Shown: piece by piece, positions 53,801 through 62,800 of the stretch
How positions within the stretch are numbered: the first letter of the stretch is position 1
Layout of the letters: each line of letters starts with the position of its first letter
Assembly (NCBI GenBank): GCA_002633005.1
Contig: NMRA01000373.1
Span: forward strand, 124,001-188,000
Direction of reading: 5' to 3'
Origin: Phoronis australis
Taxonomy: Eukaryota; Animalia; Phoronida
DNA: 64,000 bases
Notes under the pieces: model-generated
What the model was told of the DNA's origin: nothing
The model's database searches: none
The model's input: the letters and a program-made list of their open reading frames with translations, nothing else
Made by a program: the position numbers and the translations under genes

Positions 53801-56800
53801 CAAAATTTTTGGCTGCAGTAAAATCTCACCTATTTCTGACAAAAATAACAGTTAAAATTGCCATTTTTTCACTTTTCAAAGGCTTCTGTTTGATGGTAGC
53901 TTTGGTGCAAAACTTTAACATGGAAATCATTTAATATGGTGCTACGTATGTTTCAGTGAAAAATGATAAAACTTCACTTATCCACCATACTGTGTCCGAA
54001 ATTGGTGATATTTTACTGTACTCATTCATTTCACTTCGCCAGACATGAAAGCAGGATATATACCAGATGAGATGCAGACAGAAAGTGACATCTGCTTCCC
54101 TAACTCGATGGCCGGGTAACTCTTGAAGGACACATCAAGTCCCTCAACGCGGTCTTCTATTGTAATGTTTCTCTGAAAGAACAAAGAACAGGTGATCAAT
54201 GACATGAAAACTTGTTTATCTTAATGAATTTTCCATCGATATAAGTACTATCAGATTTAGCTCAGTTTCCAAATTGAATACAATTTGCATTGTTCTGTAT
54301 TATTTTCTAGATTGTTCTCATACCCCACAAAAATTTGGAAGGTGGACTCATAGGACCCGTGTTTGAAAGTTTAGGAACAAAGATGTGACACTGAGTTATA
54401 GATACACAATAAGCCAGTGTTAATGACACTGTGGACAACTCTACTTTTAGCATACTTTTAGGCTATGAGCACTGGCAGTGTGTCAGCCACTACACTGATC
54501 CTAGTGTTTGATATCTGAACTGCATGTAAAACTTTGTTGATAATATAGATTTTATTTGTTACAGCTCTTAGAGACATAAAAGTGTAACATATATACATTG
54601 AGAATTGAACCCTAATGTTAAAGACTTAAGTCAAAGGACCCATCAACCTATCATAGATTTGTTCTCTTACAAATACCATATTTACCATTGTGTTACACAA
54701 GCAAACTTCATGCCAAAGACTTACCTTCACTGTCTGACTGCTGACGTTATTGGCAGCAATAACCTCTAATGTCATAATGCCAGGAAGGGTATACATGTGA
54801 GTCAGTGTAGTGGCCGACTCGTTGTATGTGCTGTTGGAACCATCACCCCAGTAGATTACATAGCTATGGAAAGTGCCATTGTGTGCCTTTAGGTGAACTT
54901 GGTGGTCGATCCCAGTGCAACCTATTGACAGATGAAGAATGGTTTAAACATTGAAGTCATTGAGCACAAACACTAGAAAACTACAAGCTCCATGCATTAA
55001 TCGAGCAAGGAACCTATCCATTCCTCACTGGCCTGACAGACACAATGTTTTTGACACTCAGAAATACATTTAATGATGCAACACCTACAATTTGTCATTT
55101 TCATCTAGGGCTACCAAAACTCACCATCAACATCATAAGTCTACAGCAGCATCTACTGTAGAGAAAATCAAACGCAATGTCTAATGAATCCCCTGAAAAC
55201 TTATAATTTCTCCACGACCTGCTGAAATAAGTACTGTGCAGATAAAATAGGCTGGTCAACACCTTATAAAAAATGTTTGCATTAGTTGTCAACTTATGAT
55301 CTTGACCAGGCAAAATGACGGTTCTCTTTAAATTCACAGGCTTCTCATTATGTGAGAAAAACTCAATGTAGTAACACCAGGAAAACCATTGTATTCTTGA
55401 TGGGGAAGTGTCCCTTTGAAATTAGAGTAGCCACCCTTTTAAAGAGCAAACATGAATGAAACAGACCCAATTGTTGAAAAACAAAACTACCAGTGGAGGT
55501 TTTTCTCATAAATCTTTTGCAGGTTTTTTTAAACCACAATAAATGCTTATCTTTAAAAAAATTAAGTTGACTAAACAATCTTTCAGACTGTCTTTCTTTT
55601 TAAAACAAGAAAGCTCGATAAAACATGAGTACTGATTGCCAAAACTAATCACTTTTCTAACACTTCTAAAATTGGTGCGAGTGTCCTTCTTAATATCTCA
55701 AAACTTTGAAATGTTGGATGGAAGCTACAGTGCAGAATGCAAAAATAGTGAAATACTTATTTGACGCTACTTCATGTCTCTTTTGAAACAAACATAACTT
55801 CACTCGTACGTCACACCATGTCCCAAATTGGTGAAACTTTACTACAATAAATTGATTAACTGAACATTGCATACATATACAGTCAAATAGATTTTACCTA
55901 TCTCATTGACAATGAAGTCCAAACCGGAGACAATTTCTTGAACATGGATCGTCCTTGACACATTCCTGGTGGCAACCAAGGCTTTGCTGGTGACCACAGC
56001 AGTAGCATCATAGAAACCAGATGAGTTGCTATATCGATACTGCGGCATCAAGATACAAGTGGGACGTGCAACGATGAATTTGACATATGTTGAGACTTGA
56101 CGGGGATTCCCCGCAGAAGTGTTGAGTACACGGTTCCCTAAACTGATGTTTGAAAAGTAAACTTCACTTCCAGACTGAGAAACTTTGAATGCAATATTCA
56201 TCTCTGCAGAGTTGTTGTAACGGATGGCTGGGATGTCTCCTTTCTTCACTTTTATCGGGTTGACGAATTTGTACATCTGAACTTTGCCAACTTTGTCCTT
56301 CGGCAGGTACATTTGCTGCTCTTCAACCAGTTGGTAGTGAGGCAGTGGTAAATTTTCAAAGGGTGTGACTTCTTTGACAACCCCACTTACAGAGTGTACG
56401 CATTCTTGTTGGAACAAGCTGAACTTGAAATCACCAGTGCAATTTCGACGGAAGAAGTCAGCTTGCTTTTTGCACAACAGTGAACTGGGCAAGCAAGCCA
56501 TTGCTTTGTAACAGAAAGCAAATCCCTCTTGACAGAGAGGACGATAAATCTAGAGAAAAAAAATTCCTTATATCATAAAAATCAACTTCACGCGACTCGG
56601 TGAAAACATTAGAAAGAACCTGATGACAGATGGACAGCATAAACAAAAAGGAATTATTTTTAAAAAAGGCTTTGGGCAAAACTTCGTCAATCTTACGCCA
56701 TCAAAGATTGAATTATTCAGAACCTTACCTAATTTCTATTGCATGCTTTCCAAGCATGCGTCAAAAGTTATTTAACAATGTTACTGTAAACAATATTCTA

Positions 56801-59800
56801 CGTGTGATGAGTGACCTGTTTTTGTAAACAGTTAGCATTGCAAGTGTAACATAGACCAGAGGGATACATTTGAAAAGTTATTACACAGATAAATCCTGAA
56901 AACATCAAATAATTAATTCAGCAATTGTTCATATTAGATTACAGAATGTTTACATTGAAAATGTTTGTTGAAAAATTAAAAAGATTCAGTCTCACTTGCA
57001 AATAAACCAAGTTCTAACGTAATTAATATCACCAATTTTTTATTTGTTTTAGAAACTGTTCAAGGCATGCACACTGACCATTAGCAACACATTAGCTACT
57101 AACATTAAGTTACACTTAATTTCTTATCATCATTACAGTATTTCTTCATTTATTTTTCACAAAAAATATTGTCAAAATTGTCATTCTTTCATTGTTCAAT
57201 GCCTGCTACTTTGCTACAAACAGTGAAAACTTAACCAAATATTGTTTTATGGCATACACACACTCCAAACCACGCTTATACGTGCTCATGCACTCTGTTA
57301 CATGTTTAATATAGTCTGACTTTATTTGCCATCTGTTGGTGGTTTTTGTGTTGGTGATGCGGGTTCTACTGTTTCTTTTTTTCAACGTGATGACATTCAT
57401 TCTTCATTTATAGTATTTTGCGTATGTGTGGGACTGACTGACCATGTTTGTAGGTGTCACGCATCAATTTGACTCATTCTAACTCCAACACCTTTACCAA
57501 TAAGTTCAGTTAGTTTTGTCACCGTGATTTATGCCGAAAATCAGTTTCATATTGCAAATAGTTTTATTATATCGTCAGAACTTCCCCAGTGCAACACATT
57601 TTCTAAATTCCTTTTTGTATTACCATAGACTCAAGTAGTTTGACGTTTGTTTCGGTAAGTCTATATTAGACAGGACAGAGTGAAATATTAGTATTGTAAT
57701 AGTTGTTCTCATAGAACATTTTTGTATGTTACAGTTGAACCGAGCAACTAACAGAGAAATAAAATTTACCATAACACATGCTGGCGTTCATTCATGTGGG
57801 TTTAACAATTTTCGCTACCACATTGCTAGCAATAGATTAAACTTTTTTGGGAAAACTTGAAAAGAAAAAAAAAGAATTACACTATTTTCCGTCCATATTG
57901 TGAGCTAAATAAAATAAGAATTACCAAACCATACTATTGATATGCTTCTTGCACGTGTTTATAATCAATAAATTTTTTTCCCGACAAACATTTTTTGATA
58001 GCCATAGAATATGTTTGGTAATCAAGGTAAAATTCAATCAGTTTGAAACACAAAACGCCAAAGTACTTAAATTTTATTTTGTAACATTTCTCCACAAAAA
58101 TCAATTTACAGAAATTTTTACTTCTAACAAGCTTTGCTCAGTGTTGCCCTACATTTGATAAAATGTTGATCATTTGCAGCAATGTAGTCAGCCTCTGAAA
58201 ATTTTAGCCATTATTTTTGTCCAAAATTGAAAAATCTTTACCCTGCACATCATCAAACAAGTGTAACTTACCTGGACACTAGCAGTGACGGCATCAAAAG
58301 TTATAGATGTAATGGCAGCGATGATGCCATTATGAGAAAACATTCGATTGGGCATAAGAACAGTCACTGGCACAGCAGTAGAATACTTCAAATGGTCTTC
58401 TACTGTAGAGTTGCTGGTCACGTCGCCAACGTGATAAACAGAAGTATCTGATACAAAGAAAATTAATATTAATTTAGCAAAGAACAATTGAATGCCTTAC
58501 TAAGTTACTACTACTCAGAAAAAACAATCCAAACAAGAGGGTGTCAGGACATGGAATGAGTAAATGAACAAATTGGCTTTGACCTTTATACACATGGCTA
58601 TATATTAAGGGAAACGTTGGTGTATTCACTAATCAGATTGAATATGTTTCTTTTGAATGATAGTAGGAAACAATTTTAATGTCAAACAAGACAAGCACAG
58701 TAGGATTTGTGCACCAGTCTTATTACTCAAAGAACCAAGTCATCTCACTGAACAATTAGGGCTCAGTGTTGTCGGTCGGTGATTAGCAGCTAATTACATT
58801 TGCCACAATATTCATGTTATAACTTTTAGCACTTTATATATACATTCATTGCCACGTATTATTATCTCATTTCTAAAGCTAAATAGTAAATAATTACAAT
58901 ACATATATTTCATTTATTTACAAATTATAAAGATTTCATCTGGAGTAACCCCGACCCCCTCCAGTTTTATCAATTTTCCCACACACCAAAAAAATCACAC
59001 AAGACGAAAACACAAATAAACTGGTTGGCTGACACAGGCTAAAGCTTCCTTTCTTGGCTTTCTTTGCGATTGACTGACATCATAACTCTCAATGTCTGCA
59101 ATACAATTGTCCTGTCAATCATAAAAAGGTTATGCAATGTCCCTGTTCTCAGAATACTCAATGGATTTGCTTGGAGGTTGATTGCAGTCTCATTGCTTGT
59201 ACATTACAGCATTCCCCCCCCCCCCNCCCCCCCCCCCCCGGGTTGCTCCCAACTTGTTGCATTCTGTAGCTCAACAACATGTTGGGAAGATGACCCCTGT
59301 AGCCAATATCTTACACGACCGATTAACTCCATTCTGGCATTTATGGTTGGAGGGCCAACTCTCTTTTGTTTGATCCAATAAGATCATATCTAAGCCTGAA
59401 TGAGCTGTGCTGTGAAAAATAAAAGTTAAGTTCTAACATATTTGAACATAAACCAACAGCATTTCTGAATTCTTTGTCAAATGCTGATCATGTTTAGATT
59501 TTGAATCGCCAAAATTGCTCAACTACAACCGAAGTTATGACAATCTATTCTTTCCGAACGTTCAAATTTGCTCTGGGTTTGACTGTGTTCACACCTGGTC
59601 TGTAATAAGCCTGGTAGATAATTGGCCTGCCTGTTGTCATACCAGACAAAAGACTGTGCTTGGTGGTTAACAAAGAAGCTAAATGTTATCACAGCTAGGC
59701 TCACAACCCTCTATGTCTAGTAAAGTCACTCCCATTATTTTCTTTGAGAACCTCACTGTATCCAAGAAACCTTACATGTAATCTACAACAATGCTTGGCT

Positions 59801-62800
59801 AAGTGCAGATCTTAGAACACATTGTTTTGTTTTCCTGTTTCTGCATTTCATAACTTCGCATATTGTATGGCAATAGTCCTCCTCTCAAGGTCAGGAAACA
59901 AGATAACGTCTACCACATTTCACCATGTTTAGCTAGCTGTATGATGAAACACAAAAATTGAATTAGACCTTTTACAGTACACAAAATCAGTATGGGTGTT
60001 ATCTCATAAATTGTTTAATAATGGAAAAGAGTGTGCAAAATGCTCTTGATCACTTCCAAATTCATTACACAAAGTTTTTGTTAAAAATTAATTAATTTCT
60101 TAAACTTCATTGTTTATCTAAGTCACGTAACTACAGGTAAGGTTCACAGAAACTCTCCAAAATTAATTTTGCAATTTGGATCGGTCAAGATTGATGTAGG
60201 AATCAATATTTTGAATACTGGTGATGTACTCTGGAGTTCCGAATAGTTGTAGAAACAGCAATAATACCTCAGCTGCTAGATACAACTTTCAGAAATGCTG
60301 CAAAGATATACAATGAACAACACTGGATGACTGTGAGATGACTTATCTCCTAACTTCAAAAATCTCCCAATGTTTAGTACATTATCAACCAAGTGACTCC
60401 AAGGAGCAAAGCCAATGGCAATGCTAACCCTGTGATGCTAACACGGACTAGTTCTGAGGCCACCGCGCGTATATCATTATGGACTGTGGGGCAGTTCGGA
60501 GTCACATTTGATTTACTGGTTAGCTGACGCAAATGCTGCACTAACGACTTTAGACTCAAGTGTTTTATTTCGCGAAATTTTATCGATTCGAATTTAACAA
60601 TACCTTCCCACCGACTCCATGTAAATTTTCTTCACAATATATTTGGATGAGTGAAGCAAAAATGGCGCTTAGGTAACACAATTTTATCTCTAATGTGAAA
60701 GAACTTGTTAGAGCGACATCTGTTGTCAATCGTACGACTGTCGAAACCAATGAGCATTGGTTCGAAACAAAATGGGATGCATCGCCAACATCCTCCGTTC
60801 AGTTCACAAAACAACTTTTAATTTGTAGTTATAAACTAAAATATCGGTTATTCAAAAAATTAAACAACTCGGTTATTTGATGAATGTAACGACTAGGTTT
60901 TTCATTTTCATAAAGTCGGTCTCATAAGTTAGATTGTTTACCGTGACTGGATTTTATTTCGGTAACGAACACGAATACGGAGGGCGACTCAAGAAAACGG
61001 TTCAGCCTTATTGGGGTTGGCCCACCCTAAAATTACTAAATTGTCACATCCACTCATTGCCTGTGACTTGGGTTGGTAACGGTAACGGAAAAGAGATCGT
61101 GTCACAGCGGAGAATATTATAAGACCGACTTTATGACAGTAAAAGGCTTAGTCTGATTTCTGTATTTGAGCCAGGCTAAACTGGACGAAATGCAGCTTTA
61201 AATGTTTATCCCCTCAACCAACCCTCACTCCTCTGATTTAGATAGGTGGTTCGACCAATTAATCTATTATCTTTTCTTTTCATTGCCGTGTTTTCCTCAC
61301 ATTTTTCTCTCAGTTTACAATGAAAAATGTCAGGTTGAAAATAAAATGTTTTGCCTTCGTGCGCATACATTACATGCCTGACCGAGGTATGGCACAGAAA
61401 GTTTAGAATGCTTACCGATTGAAGGTATGGTGTGATTTTGGTCTTCTCCCCAATCGAATTTTAATTCCACAGATGTTCCACCGACAATGCATACTTTGCA
61501 GTGAAACGCAACATGAAGGCCAACAAAGTTGGGGCACTCAAGGTCGACGCTGTTGACGTAAGCGTGCACATCATACCCACTACTCGCTGTCGCAGTGCCA
61601 CGAAAAATTGCAGAGCTATCATAACCGGTGACAGATGTAAACAAGCTGTGGCGACCTGTCAGAAGTAATTAAAAGTTAGCCCTGAACTTTTTAGCATTGT
61701 CTGATGGAATAGGCCTACACTGTGACTTCATTAGAAGAAAAAAATAATTGTATTTTGTCGGCAAACAATGTTTCACATTGTATGCATTTGCGTGGCATCC
61801 GTCTCAGCAGAATGTAGAACTTAAATTATTCCACAATTGCTTATTTTACTTACGATGAGTATGTTTTGAAATGACAAGTAGCCGTCAAATTAATAACAAA
61901 CGTCTAGCGTAACATCACGTAGGTTGAGAGTAAGACGCCCGCTTACATGGTACACATTTTTTAATTTATTCTACAGGACTGACAACATTACCGATTTTCG
62001 TGGGGATGATTTCCAGTTGGCTTTCTTTTGAGTTCACCACTTGTTTGTTTCCGCTGACATCATACATTTCTGTCTTGTATTCCATACTGTAAGTCTTGCC
62101 AGTCGTGAGTATCGAAACTTTCAAGGGTTCTCCCAATTCGACAATTTCTAAAACGACAGACGCATATTTCTACAGCTAAACTTCCCAAATAACTCGCCCT
62201 TTTACTAGTATTTCTCCTACGCGCCATTTCTATAAAAACGATCAAGTATTTCTTCATGGTTTAATGCCTTATGTACATTCAGGGGATACTTACCCTAATT
62301 AAATTAAGACTAAACATTTCAAAGCGACATTTCATTAGTTCATTCATTGGCGCATTTATCGTAATATGAACGCTATGGCTAGTTGTATGTCGTAGAAAAA
62401 TCCAGTTTAACTTTAATGATAAAGCTTTCCTTCAACGCAGTTTTGCTCTTTTAGACGTACTGAGCTATTCAAATAGCAATTGCAATGTTTAAACAATATA
62501 AGACGACTTGATTTAATCACGTCAAATAATACGTGAAGTAACCTTTACACGCCACATTGCGTCACTGAGAGAGCTCAGAACAAACAACGAAAAGCCACTA
62601 ACCAAGTATCTGAACTTAAGTTCAAATTCCCAAGCCGTTAGTAGCATTGACTAGAACTCCAGAGTTGATACCTGTGTTATCCAGTTAATGTCAGGTTTCT
62701 CGAGGTGTCGTCACGTTCTTTGAAAGCCTCACCAAGTTTGGCGATTGATGGTTTCAACGTTGTCAGAGTGGCAATTTTTAACATAGTGTAGGTACTTAAC

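Noticed and set aside
59213-59238. Poly-C/G tract as a functional G-quadruplex
   Set aside because: It is a homopolymer with an ambiguous base, so its length is unreliable, and nothing else supports a function.
62672-62800. AG/GT-bounded segment as a candidate exon
   Set aside because: All three minus-strand frames contain stops.
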